64,000 bases of DNA from Azolla caroliniana (Eukaryota; Plantae; Polypodiophyta), in contig JBHGNT010000017.1 in assembly GCA_043228905.1 (NCBI GenBank), positions 6,448,001 to 6,512,000 on the forward strand. Direction: 5' to 3'. Below the pieces are notes generated by a model, which saw nothing but the letters and a program-made list of their open reading frames with translations, was not told the DNA's origin and ran no database searches. Shown piece after piece: positions 23,301-36,996 of this stretch (the first letter of the stretch is position 1; each line of letters opens with the position of its first letter). The translations under genes were made by a program, and so were the position numbers.

Positions 23301-26300
23301 TCAATTAGATTCCTCCATGTCTTCATTTTCATCCGGCCTATTATGTTCATCGTCGAGGTAATCGAGGTCAGGATCCTTGTCTTGTCTTTTCTTGAAAAAC
23401 TTTACTCTTTTTCCCGCAATGGGTACGGCCAACCTTGATCCGTCTAGTTCCGCAAGGTGGTATGTGGCATTATCGTTGGCTCTTGTCACCACATACGGCC
23501 CGAACCATCTTCTTGCGAACTTCCTTGTTGTACTATGTTGATTGTCAAGGGTGCTGTCGTAGACCAAAACCCAATCCCCTTCTTCAATCTTCTTGGGACG
23601 AAGTCGATGCGTGTTGTCGAACCGAACTTTGTTCTTTACTCGGGCTGCCTTCATCATCTTTCGCGCTTTTTCTAAATCTTCAGGTCTTCTTTCAAGTTGC
23701 CTTATCCGCGCCGCTAATAACTCTTCTCGGCTCATCTCGTTCTCCCACGGTATCGCTACCCATGAGGCGATCATCCTTTCGATGGGCATAATCGGCTTTT
23801 GTCCATACATAAGCTCCGTCGGCATATACCCTGTCACCGAGCTATGTGTCGTTCTATCGGCCCACAAGGCATAGGGTAATAGTCGTGGCCAATTCCCAAC
23901 TCGACCGTTGCATGCCCGTACGATGGCTTTAACGATAGGTCCATGCCCTCGCTCGATCTTCCCATTTGCTTCCGGATTGTAGGCAGTCGTGAGGGAGAGC
24001 TTCACGCCTAGTCTTTCGAAGAGCTCCGTCGCTTCGTGCGCGTCCAACTCCCCTCGGTGGGTCACTATCTTCCCTACACATCCATATCGGCAAACAACAT
24101 CTTCAAGTAAAAATTTACAAACGGCTGAAGTCGTCTTATTTGTCAAGTCTTCCCTTGCGAGCGCTAAATACTTCATTTGTCCCACTCCCATTGGCATCGA
24201 GACCAGATCCACCATCCATTTGAAGTGAATGGTGAGTGGGTATGTCGGCTTTAACTCATCACGATGACGTATATTTGAATATATTTGGCAAGTTTCACAT
24301 GTGGACACAAAATGGAGTACATCTTTGTACATGCTTGGCCACCAGTACTTCTCCTTCAATTTTTCGAACGTCGCCCATGTTCCTCTATGACCTGCCCAAG
24401 CACTCTCGTGGAATTCGGTCATCAACGTCTCTTACTCTTCTTTCTTTACCACCACTCGACGTGGTATTCCTGTCCTTCTTTTTGGATGTCGCCAAAGGAA
24501 TCCTCCCTTCATGAAGTATCGGTAAGCTTTCTTTCGGATTCGTAGGGCCTCCTCCTTTGTCAACGAAGCATCTGCCGTCAATGTTCTTAGGAATCTACCG
24601 ATGAGTAACCACTCTTTTTCGTACTCGTTCTCGTTGTAGGCGTGGAGGGTTTGCGTGTCCTGGTCTTCCGCCGACAATCGAGCCATCTTGAAGAAGTCGA
24701 GGGCGACATCTTCATCTTCCGAAACCATGTTACTTCCATTTGAAAATCTTGCCCTCGACAGCATGTCAGCCATGGTGTTCTTCTTCCCTGCGATGTGACG
24801 GATCTCTGGGTTTAAAGACTTGATGTAGGCGATCCACCTTAGCATAGCAAGATCTGGGGTCGCACATCCCGAGACCATTCCGAGAATTGGGAGACAATCT
24901 GTCTCTATTATCACTTCTGATCCGATCAGGTAATCTTTGTCCGTCTTCACTGTCGACACAATACCCCAAAGTTCCCGCTTGACTTGGGCATATCTTTGTT
25001 GCCGTTCGCTGAGAACCTTTGCTCCGAACCGGACGGCATATCGCGCATTATCTTCACCTTCTTGATTGATGACCCACCCGATTCCAGTTGGGCTCGTATC
25101 TACGGTCACGTAAATTGGTTTCCCTTCGGCATAGTCGGCCTTCCTTAGTGCCGGAGCTTCAAGAAGCAGTTTCTTTAATCTTCGCATCGCCTCTGTGTGC
25201 TCGTCTCGCCATTCGAACTTTATTCTTTTCTTTAGTAGTCCATATAACGGTTCGGCGACATGAGCGTAGTGAGGAATCCATATATGATAAAACGCGCACG
25301 CTCCAAGGAACCTTCGAACCTCCGTTTGGTTTTCGCATTCTTCTTTCATGTCTTGGATTGCGTTCACTTTGGATGGCGAGGGCTTCCGGCCGTATGCTCC
25401 ACACAAGTGACCTACCACCAAGATCTCCGGTTGCCCAAATGCGGATTTTTCTCCCGAAAATGTCAAATTCGCATCTTCGAGCCTTTGAAGCACCTTCTCG
25501 CAATCTTTCATATGATCCGCAACGAACTTTCTATAACCTTCCTTATCTTTCGATTCATCTTTCTCCTCATCCGAACATCCTTTTATCGGAATATCATCCA
25601 AGAATGGCATCGTGATGTCCGGAATGCAATCCTTCAAGACTTTATTCATGGCATTCACCATATGAGCCACCGAGTTCGTTGCGCCTTGGGGTAAGGTACA
25701 CATCCGCACAAGCCCGATCGGAGTCCTCATGGTTGTAATGTCCCGACTGTCGATCGCCAACTGGAATTGGTCATATCCGGAGTAGAGATCGCCAATGGAG
25801 TAGATGGACCGGCCCGCAAACGCTTCGGCAAATTCGTCCACGCTCAGACCAATTCTGGCATTTCGAATTGTCACCTTGTTGACGGGTTGAAGATCTTGGA
25901 TGAATCGCAATGATCCATTCTTCTTCGGCACCGTGAACCACCTATTGGAATAAGGAGCATTCGACGGTTCTAGAATTCCCATACTCACCTTCTCCTTTAA
26001 GAGCTCGATCAGCTTCGGAAGGTGTGCTCTCGGAACCGGTATCGGTTTCAAATTCCAAGGCACATGAGGCACCGTGAAGATCACCATTGGCTCTATAACC
26101 TTTGGGTCAGCGCATCCGATTTCTCGTAGGAAGAATGCGAAAGCCTTCCCATGTCTCTCAAGCATATCGCGAAACATTCGCTCCTCTTTAGGGAGAAGGA
26201 AATCCTCCTTTCCAACTCGTAGCTTCCCCTTCGTCTCTTTGGTGAAGTCATGACCTATCTTCTTCGGATCTCTTAAGCTTGGATCGTTAGCGACTTCCTT

Positions 26301-28926
26301 CATCTTTTGCCAGCTATCTTCCGGTAGCGGAACCGCAACTGGCTTGATCTTCTTATCCACTGTTTTATATTTCGTGTTGATGTCAGCTTCATTCATCGAG
26401 ATGCCACGACGGTATTCATCGATGATAGCGTACATGTTGACGGAGTTAACCTAAATCACACGTTGGTTGTGAAGATAGCTCAAGTCCACGACGTCCTCGA
26501 TTTCGCCGATGGTGTCGTTAAATGAGGCTTCTTCCATAATATGAGTCACGAACTCTCCTTCTTCTATTATGTTCTCTTCTTTCAGCATCTTCTCGAATTC
26601 TTGTATCCGGCGCTTGTGCTTCTTGTGGGGTAGTACTAGTTTACATGCGCCACTAGGTGTGAGTTGCTTCTCCTTGCAATCCACGCGCTCTTCTTTCTTG
26701 TGGGGTCTTGTGATTGCTCGGACTATTTGTGCCCCATGCTTCAATAGTCCGCTCTAAAAATCCGAGGATTCGCCTCCGAGACTATCTCGATTCCTTTCAT
26801 GATTGGCTCGCACTGTTAGGAATTGGACCGATCTTTGGTTGTCAAGACTCTTTATTCGTGCGAAGGCTGCTCCATTATCGAACACTTTAGTCTCCATCCG
26901 AGATGATGTGATATAAGGTTGCCCTAGGATGACAGGATGCGATGCCGATTCTTGTACGAAGAAGTGTTGATCCATCTCCACATCCCCGATCGTGACTTTG
27001 ACATTGGGACAAGCTCCGTACAAGTCCTCCGTAGACTTTGTTGCCGCGCGAATCTTCCATCCGTGGTTTGTATTGATTGGCCATCTTCCCTTTTTGTAGA
27101 AGTCGGTTGACATGAGGTTGATCCCCGAGCCGTGGTCGATCAAGGCTACGACGGTCTCTTTCTTCTCCCCGATCTTTACCGGCGTCTCCGTTGTCGCTCG
27201 TGCCCAATGAGGTCGAGTGTAGTGGCTGTCCACCATATCTTCATCGATTTCGTCTCTTCCCATCGTTATGGCATTCGTTTTTGCTTTCTGCGGCTTCTCT
27301 TCTTCCTCGTCCGATTGTTGTCTCTTTCTCTTTACAAGGTCCACGATCGTGTCATGGAACTCCTTCTTCGTAATGCCAAGCAATTCCCTCAAGGACAAAG
27401 TTACGTGGCTATCCAGAACTCGTTCTTCGAGAATCTTCTTTAGGTCCGTCGTCTGCTCTATGTCCGACCTTAGCTTATAGGTAGGTATGGTCCTTGTCCT
27501 CCGAGCGGGGTCTTCGACACCAACCTTCACGGGCCGAACCGTTTCTTCAACTCGTATACTCGGCTCCCCTTTTCGGCTTGATTCTCGTTCCTCCATTTGT
27601 AAAGGTCGACTCGTCTCCGCATCGTCCTTCTTTTTCGCGTTCCTTGTTTCATGTCTTTTTGATGGGCCTTGCTCTTCTATTCTCTTTCTCTTTTCTTCGA
27701 CGAACACCTTGTGGTTGTCGCACATCACCTCTGCAAGTATGGTGTTGTCGTCCACCGGATCCAACCACCCGGTTATGCTTTGCACGCTTCGGTTCGCAAG
27801 CTCTACCTCGTTCGATGTGATTTTTCCCTTCTTCTCATATTCGAGAACGGAAGTCCAAAACTTTGCTCCCGCTCTAGCAGCTTCAGTCTTGTCTTTCCCG
27901 ACTCTTATTCCGGCCGACGCAGCATAGTGCATCGCATCCACATGAGTCGCATCGGCATCCTCCATAGATCTCTTCATTCCTCCTCTTCCGAAATTCACCC
28001 ATAGGGGTCTTCTAGTCTCGCTTGAGCAGATCATGTTGTCCTCTATGTATACGATATTTTGTCGAATCGCCTCTCGAAGGCTCGCACAATCCCTTCTCAT
28101 GTGGTCCATGCTATCGCACCACACGCATCTAAAGGGTTCTTTTCCTTTAGGGCCCCGACGATTCATGTTGGCTAGCGTGACCTTCTCGAACTTCTTCGCT
28201 AGCTCTTCAATGATGTTGTCATCAATCTTCTTTTCTTCCACGTTACTTTGTCTCGGCGGCTCAGCTACTTTCGGCGGTCTTGCTTTCTCCGTGGTAGTCG
28301 GTCCCGTCAAGTCGGTGTCATCAACCCATTGGCGACGCTTGTCGAGCCTATTGCATGCCCGCTTCACCGCGATCCAGTCCGCTACGAGTCCCCAACTCCC
28401 GTCTATCCTTTATGTCCACGGCCTTCAAGAAGTACAAAGTCTTGTCCTCTTCAAGCAACACTTGGTCCGTATTGGGGAGACGACTAAACATTTGGTCGAA
28501 TTCGTCGTACACCCTCGAGACGCTCATCTTCTTATTCTTCTTCTCTATCCACTTCATGAGGGCATGTCGAGTCATCCTCGTTGAGTCTTCAGTCACGAAC
28601 TCGGCTAGTATCGTTTTCTCGAACTCGGACCATGTTGTCTTTCCTTCTTGAAGCTCGATGACGCGTCTTTGGATGTTGTTGGCGACAACTCTCTTGAAGC
28701 TTGCGATTTGACGTGCCTCGGACACGTCCCTTTGATTCATCTCCCTCTTATATGCATCAAGGAACTTCGTAACGTTCCTTCCATCGAATTGGCCCTCGAG
28801 CTCTACGACACGATCGACAGCCTTCTCCATGCTCACGTCGTTGTCCCGAGATCTCATCATTTGCTCGACGATTAGCATAATCCTTTCGAGCTCTCCCGCT
28901 TGGTTGCTTGAGGACGCCATCTCCAA
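23301..28926 (-). pseudogene. Family E unit 2 gag-PR-RT-RH-INT (defective)
   Basis: RT (QDLQPVN, DLYSGYDQ, LPQG, FLDD), RNase H (VTVDTS, ETDCLP), INT (HHCC, VDLV, NGKIER); shared frameshifts and stops. Confidence 0.93.
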
Positions 28927-28987
28927 GTATTAATCTCGACTTGATCCTTCCTACCGCCTCTTTCACGTCGGGTTCACCACTTGATTA

Positions 28988-30110
28988 TGTCGTGAAGATC
29001 CGTCACTACGCGCGGATCGTGAGGCGGAACCGCCGGGGTTCTAGACCGGAAGGATTTAGAGTCGATACAAACTTTGGCGAGAAAGTACTTAAGATAGATT
29101 GGGAAAGAGAGAAGATGAGATTACACGATTGATTTGAAAACGAATTTCTTCCTCTTAATTTTCATAAAAAAAACCGTGTTTTTCTCCTCCCCCTTCCCTC
29201 TTTTATAGATGCTCTCATGCATATGATGCATGTGAGGGTACAAGACATGCATAAATTGCATGTTTGCCATTTGGCGCTTAAGTATTACATGTGGTGCATG
29301 GTAACCATGTCACTCATTTTAGCACTCATGGATGAGAATTTACATGTAAAAGTACAATGATAGAAATATAATTTTAACTAAATATTATGGCTTAATGGTA
29401 AGCCATTTGACTCCTAACTTGGAGGTGCAAGGTTCGAATCCATACTTGCCCTCCTTGTATATGTAAATATGTATATATTTTTATATATTTATTTTATCTA
29501 GTCGCCGGTTCGCCGGATACCGTCGCCGGATGCCGTCGCCGCCGCCGGATACCGGATGCCGCCGCCGACGCCGACGCCGGATACCGGTGCCGCCGCTGGA
29601 TGCCGCCGCTGGATACCTGTGCCGCATGCCGCCGCTGGATGTCGCCGCCGAATGCCGACGCTGGATACCGGTGCCGCATGCCGCCACCAGATTGCGGTCG
29701 GATGCCGTCGGATCACCGGCTCAATCGTCGGTCCGGTTTTAGTTGGCCAAAACTCTTTACGAGTAGCTAGCCACCTCCACTCTAAGTTCAAGTTAACTTG
29801 AACTCTCTATGCTCCACACATAGACACAAAGATAATATCTTTTGCTCCACCTTATATATGATGAGAGCCGTATTTGTCGTGCCTATGTGGGATATCTCAC
29901 AATTTTCTCTTTTCTTTTCACAAACTTTATACCCTCATATCTTGACATTTAGTTGTCCATTTCTCGTGTAATAAAGTGCATTCGAAACCTCCATCATTTT
30001 GTACTTAGATATTAAAAATGTTATCTTCACAATTATTGTATTCCATGATTCATACTCGATTTTGTACGTTTTATGGGATTTTCACACTATTGCCGAAAAT
30101 CTTCACGACA
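28988..30110 (-). repeat. Family E LTR3 (1123 bp, shared)
   Basis: Near-identical to LTR2 at +6882. Confidence 0.95.
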
Positions 30111-30182
30111 TCCACCCCCACCAAACCGCACGTCCTCCGGTACGTGCCAAGAAAAGAAGAAGTGAGATTTCGGCTACGATGA

Positions 30183-33100
30183 TCAATTAGATTCCTCCAT
30201 GTCTTCATTTTCATCCGGCCTATTATGTTCATCGTCGAGGTAATCGAGGTCAGGATCCTTGTCTTGTCTTTTCTTGAAAAACTTTACTCTTTTTCCCGCA
30301 ATGGGTACGGCCAACCTTGATCCGTCTAGTTCCGCAAGGTGGTATGTGGCATTATCGTTGGCTCTTGTCACCACATACGGCCCGAACCATCTTCTTGCGA
30401 ACTTCCTTGTTGTACTATGTTGATTGTCAAGGGTGCTGTCGTAGACCAAAACCCAATCCCCTTCTTCAATCTTCTTGGGACGAAGTCGATGCGTGTTGTC
30501 GAACCGAACTTTGTTCTTTACTCGGGCTGCCTTCATCATCTTTCGCGCTTTTTCTAAATCTTCAGGTCTTCTTTCAAGTTGCCTTATCCGCGCCGCTAAT
30601 AACTCTTCTCGGCTCATCTCGTTCTCCCACGGTATCGCTACCCATGAGGCGATCATCCTTTCGATGGGCATAATCGGCTTTTGTCCATACATAAGCTCCG
30701 TCGGCATATACCCTGTCACCGAGCTATGTGTCGTTCTATCGGCCCACAAGGCATAGGGTAATAGTCGTGGCCAATTCCCAACTCGACCGTTGCATGCCCG
30801 TACGATGGCTTTAACGATAGGTCCATGCCCTCGCTCGATCTTCCCATTTGCTTCCGGATTGTAGGCAGTCGTGAGGGAGAGCTTCACGCCTAGTCTTTCG
30901 AAGAGCTCCGTCGCTTCGTGCGCGTCCAACTCCCCTCGGTGGGTCACTATCTTCCCTACACATCCATATCGGCAAACAACATCTTCAAGTAAAAATTTAC
31001 AAACGGCTGAAGTCGTCTTATTTGTCAAGTCTTCCCTTGCGAGCGCTAAGTACTTCATTTGTCCCACTCCCATTGGCATCGAGACCAGATCCACCATCCA
31101 TTTGAAGTGAATGGTGAGTGGGTATGTCGGCTTTAACTCATCACGATGACGTATATTTGAATATATTTGGCAAGTTTCACATGTGGACACAAAATGGAGT
31201 ACATCTTTGTACATGCTTGGCCACCAGTACTTCTCCTTCAATTTTTCGAACGTCGCCCATGTTCCTCTATGACCTGCCCAAGCACTCTCGTGGAATTCGG
31301 TCATCAACGTCTCTTACTCTTCTTTCTTTACCACCACTCGACGTGGTATTCCTGTCCTTCTTTTTGGATGTCGCCAAAGGAATCCTCCCTTCATGAAGTA
31401 TCGGTAAGCTTTCTTTCGGATTCGTAGGGCCTCCTCCTTTGTCAACGAAGCATCTGCCGTCAATGTTCTTAGGAATCTACCGATGAGTAACCACTCTTTT
31501 TCGTACTCGTTCTCGTTGTAGGCGTGGAGGGTTTGCGTGTCCTGGTCTTCCGCCGACAATCGAGCCATCTTGAAGAAGTCGAGGGCGACATCTTCATCTT
31601 CCGAAACCATGTTACTTCCATTTGAAAATCTTGCCCTCGACAGCATGTCAGCCATGGTGTTCTTCTTCCCTGCGATGTGACGGATCTCTGGGTTTAAAGA
31701 CTTGATGTAGGCGATCCACCTTAGCATAGCAAGATCTGGGGTCGCACATCCCGAGACCATTCCGAGAATTGGGAGACAATCTGTCTCTATTATCACTTCT
31801 GATCCGATCAGGTAATCTTTGTCCGTCTTCACTGTCGACACAATACCCCAAAGTTCCCGCTTGACTTGGGCATATCTTTGTTGCCGTTCGCTGAGAACCT
31901 TTGCTCCGAACCGGACGGCATATCGCGCATTATCTTCACCTTCTTGATTGATGACCCACCCGATTCCAGTTGGGCTCGTATCTACGGTCACGTAAATTGG
32001 TTTCCCTTCGGCATAGTCGGCCTTCCTTAGTGCCGGAGCTTCAAGAAGCAGTTTCTTTAATCTTCGCATCGCCTCTGTGTGCTCGTCTCGCCATTCGAAC
32101 TTTATTCTTTTCTTTAGTAGTCCATATAACGGTTCGGCGACATGAGCGTAGTGAGGAATCCATATATGATAAAACGCGCACGCTCCAAGGAACCTTCGAA
32201 CCTCCGTTTGGTTTTCGCATTCTTCTTTCATGTCTTGGATTGCGTTCACTTTGGATGGCGAGGGCTTCCGGCCGTATGCTCCACACAAGTGACCTACCAC
32301 CAAGATCTCCGGTTGCCCAAATGCGGATTTTTCTCCCGAAAATGTCAAATTCGCATCTTCGAGCCTTTGAAGCACCTTCTCGCAATCTTTCATATGATCC
32401 GCAACGAACTTTCTATAACCTTCCTTATCTTTCGATTCATCTTTCTCCTCATCCGAACATCCTTTTATCGGAATATCATCCAAGAATGGCATCGTGATGT
32501 CCGGAATGCAATCCTTCAAGACTTTATTCATGGCATTCACCATATGAGCCACCGAGTTCGTTGCGCCTTGGGGTAAGGTACACATCCGCACAAGCCCGAT
32601 CGGAGTCCTCATGGTTGTAATGTCCCGACTGTCGATCGCCAACTGGAATTGGTCATATCCGGAGTAGAGATCGCCAATGGAGTAGATGGACCGGCCCGCA
32701 AACGCTTCGGCAAATTCGTCCACGCTCAGACCAATTCTGGCATTTCGAATTGTCACCTTGTTGACGGGTTGAAGATCTTGGATGAATCGCAATGATCCAT
32801 TCTTCTTCGGCACCGTGAACCACCTATTGGAATAAGGAGCATTCGACGGTTCTAGAATTCCCATACTCACCTTCTCCTTTAAGAGCTCGATCAGCTTCGG
32901 AAGGTGTGCTCTCGGAACCGGTATCGGTTTCAAATTCCAAGGCACATGAGGCACCGTGAAGATCACCATTGGCTCTATAACCTTTGGGTCAGCGCATCCG
33001 ATTTCTCGTAGGAAGAATGCGAAAGCCTTCCCATGTCTCTCAAGCATATCGCGAAACATTCGCTCCTCTTTAGGGAGAAGGAAATCCTCCTTTCCAACTC

Positions 33101-35808
33101 GTAGCTTCCCCTTCGTCTCTTTGGTGAAGTCATGACCTATCTTCTTCGGATCTCTTAAGCTTGGATCGTTAGCGACTTCCTTCATCTTTTGCCAGCTATC
33201 TTCCGGTAGCGGAACCGCAACTGGCTTGATCTTCTTATCCACTGTTTTATATTTCGTGTTGATGTCAGCTTCATTCATCGAGATGCCACGACGGTATTCA
33301 TCGATGATAGCGTACATGTTGACGGAGTTAACCTAAATCACACGTTGGTTGTGAAGATAGCTCAAGTCCACGACGTCCTCGATTTCGCCGATGGTGTCGT
33401 TAAATGAGGCTTCTTCCATAATATGAGTCACGAACTCTCCTTCTTCTATTATGTTCTCTTCTTTCAGCATCTTCTCGAATTCTTGTATCCGGCGCTTGTG
33501 CTTCTTGTGGGGTAGTACTAGTTTACATGCGCCACTAGGTGTGAGTTGCTTCTCCTTGCAATCCACGCGCTCTTCTTTCTTGTGGGGTCTTGTGATTGCT
33601 CGGACTATTTGTGCCCCATGCTTCAATAGTCCGCTCTAAAAATCCGAGGATTCGCCTCCGAGACTATCTCGATTCCTTTCATGATTGGCTCGCACTGTTA
33701 GGAATTGGACCGATCTTTGGTTGTCAAGACTCTTTATTCGTGCGAAGGCTGCTCCATTATCGAACACTTTAGTCTCCATCCGAGATGATGTGATATAAGG
33801 TTGCCCTAGGATGACAGGATGCGATGCCGATTCTTGTACGAAGAAGTGTTGATCCATCTCCACATCCCCGATCGTGACTTTGACATTGGGACAAGCTCCG
33901 TACAAGTCCTCCGTAGACTTTGTTGCCGCGCGAATCTTCCATCCGTGGTTTGTATTGATTGGCCATCTTCCCTTTTTGTAGAAGTCGGTTGACATGAGGT
34001 TGATCCCCGAGCCGTGGTCGATCAAGGCTACGACGGTCTCTTTCTTCTCCCCGATCTTTACCGGCGTCTCCGTTGTCGCTCGTGCCCAATGAGGTCGAGT
34101 GTAGTGGCTGTCCACCATATCTTCATCGATTTCGTCTCTTCCCATCGTTATGGCATTCGTTTTTGCTTTCTGCGGCTTCTCTTCTTCCTCGTCCGATTGT
34201 TGTCTCTTTCTCTTTACAAGGTCCACGATCGTGTCATGGAACTCCTTCTTCGTAATGCCAAGCAATTCCCTCAAGGACAAAGTTACGTGGCTATCCAGAA
34301 CTCGTTCTTCGAGAATCTTCTTTAGGTCCGTCGTCTGCTCTATGTCCGACCTTAGCTTATAGGTAGGTATGGTCCTTGTCCTCCGAGCGGGGTCTTCGAC
34401 ACCAACCTTCACGGGCCGAACCGTTTCTTCAACTCGTATACTCGGCTCCCCTTTTCGGCTTGATTCTCGTTCCTCCATTTGTAAAGGTCGACTCGTCTCC
34501 GCATCGTCCTTCTTTTTCGCGTTCCTTGTTTCATGTCTTTTTGATGGGCCTTGCTCTTCTATTCTCTTTCTCTTTTCTTCGACGAACACCTTGTGGTTGT
34601 CGCACATCACCTCTGCAAGTATGGTGTTGTCGTCCACCGGATCCAACCACCCGGTTATGCTTTGCACGCTTCGGTTCGCAAGCTCTACCTCGTTCGATGT
34701 GATTTTTCCCTTCTTCTCATATTCGAGAACGGAAGTCCAAAACTTTGCTCCCGCTCTAGCAGCTTCAGTCTTGTCTTTCCCGACTCTTATTCCGGCCGAC
34801 GCAGCATAGTGCATCGCATCCACATGAGTCGCATCGGCATCCTCCATAGATCTCTTCATTCCTCCTCTTCCGAAATTCACCCATAGGGGTCTTCTAGTCT
34901 CGCTTGAGCAGATCATGTTGTCCTCTATGTATACGATATTTTGTCGAATCGCCTCTCGAAGGCTCGCACAATCCCTTCTCATGTGGTCCATGCTATCGCA
35001 CCACACGCATCTAAAGGGTTCTTTTCCTTTAGGGCCCCGACGATTCATGTTGGCTAGCGTGACCTTCTCGAACTTCTTCGCTAGCTCTTCAATGATGTTG
35101 TCATCAATCTTCTTTTCTTCCACGTTACTTTGTCTCGGCGGCTCAGCTACTTTCGGCGGTCTTGCTTTCTCCGTGGTAGTCGGTCCCGTCAAGTCGGTGT
35201 CATCAACCCATTGGCGACGCTTGTCGAGCCTATTGCATGCCCGCTTCACCGCGATCCAGTCCGCTACGAGTCCCCAACTCCCGTCTATCCTTTATGTCCA
35301 CGGCCTTCAAGAAGTACAAAGTCTTGTCCTCTTCAAGCAACACTTGGTCCGTATTGGGGAGACGACTAAACATTTGGTCGAATTCGTCGTACACCCTCGA
35401 GACGCTCATCTTCTTATTCTTCTTCTCTATCCACTTCATGAGGGCATGTCGAGTCATCCTCGTTGAGTCTTCAGTCACGAACTCGGCTAGTATCGTTTTC
35501 TCGAACTCGGACCATGTTGTCTTTCCTTCTTGAAGCTCGATGACGCGTCTTTGGATGTTGTTGGCGACAACTCTCTTGAAGCTTGCGATTTGACGTGCCT
35601 CGGACACGTCCCTTTGATTCATCTCCCTCTTATATGCATCAAGGAACTTCGTAACGTTCCTTCCATCGAATTGGCCCTCGAGCTCTACGACACGATCGAC
35701 AGCCTTCTCCATGCTCACGTCGTTGTCCCGAGATCTCATCATTTGCTCGACGATTAGCATAATCCTTTCGAGCTCTCCCGCTTGGTTGCTTGAGGACGCC
35801 ATCTCCAA
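30183..35808 (-). pseudogene. Family E unit 3 gag-PR-RT-RH-INT (defective)
   Basis: Translations identical to unit 2 at +6882. Confidence 0.93.
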
Positions 35809-35869
35809 GTATTAATCTCGACTTGATCCTTCCTACCGCCTCTTTCACGTCGGGTTCACCACTTGATTA

Positions 35870-36992
35870 TGTCGTGAAGATCCGTCACTACGCGCGGATC
35901 GTGAGGCGGAACCGCCGGGGTTCTAGACCGGAAGGATTTAGAGTCGATACAAACTTTGGCGAGAAAGTACTTAAGATAGATTGGGAAAGAGAGAAGATGA
36001 GATTACACGATTGATTTGAAAACGAATTTCTTCCTCTTAATTTTCATAAAAAAAACCGTGTTTTTCTCCTCCCCCTTCCCTCTTTTATAGATGCTCTCAT
36101 GCATATGATGCATGTGAGGGTACAAGACATGCATAAATTGCATGTTTGCCATTTGGCGCTTAAGTATTACATGTGGTGCATGGTAACCATGTCACTCATT
36201 TTAGCACTCATGGATGAGAATTTACATGTAAAAGTACAATGATAGAAATATAATTTTAACTAAATATTATGGCTTAATGGTAAGCCATTTGACTCCTAAC
36301 TTGGAGGTGCAAGGTTCGAATCCATACTTGCCCTCCTTGTATATGTAAATATGTATATATTTTTATATATTTATTTTATCTAGTCGCCGGTTCGCCGGAT
36401 ACCGTCGCCGGATGCCGTCGCCGCCGCCGGATACCGGATGCCGCCGCCGACGCCGACGCCGGATACCGGTGCCGCCGCTGGATGCCGCCGCTGGATACCT
36501 GTGCCGCATGCCGCCGCTGGATGTCGCCGCCGAATGCCGACGCTGGATACCGGTGCCGCATGCCGCCACCAGATTGCGGTCGGATGCCGTCGGATCACCG
36601 GCTCAATCGTCGGTCCGGTTTTAGTTGGCCAAAACTCTTTACGAGTAGCTAGCCACCTCCACTCTAAGTTCAAGTTAACTTGAACTCTCTATGCTCCACA
36701 CATAGACACAAAGATAATATCTTTTGCTCCACCTTATATATGATGAGAGCCGTATTTGTCGTGCCTATGTGGGATATCTCACAATTTTCTCTTTTCTTTT
36801 CACAAACTTTATACCCTCATATCTTGACATTTAGTTGTCCATTTCTCGTGTAATAAAGTGCATTCGAAACCTCCATCATTTTGTACTTAGATATTAAAAA
36901 TGTTATCTTCACAATTATTGTATTACATGATTCATACTCGATTTTGTACGTTTTATGGGATTTTCACACTATTGCCGAAAATCTTCACGACA
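35870..36992 (-). repeat. Family E LTR4 (1123 bp, 5'-most)
   Basis: Near-identical to LTR3 at +6882; followed by TSD GCGG. Confidence 0.95.
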
Positions 36993-36996
36993 GCGG

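Larger units (their letters stand above)
17237..36992 (-). mobile_element. Tandem array of three Ty3/Gypsy units sharing four LTRs (family E)
   Basis: LTR-int-LTR-int-LTR-int-LTR; ORFs recur with exact 6882-bp period; termini TGTCG..CGACA; single 4-bp TSD GCGG (17233-17236, 36993-36996). Confidence 0.97.

Noticed and set aside
23229-36992. Array as a pure assembly artefact
   Set aside because: The unit 1 deletion, divergent LTR1 and a few SNPs between units 2 and 3 argue for real copies, though the exact copy number still needs long reads.
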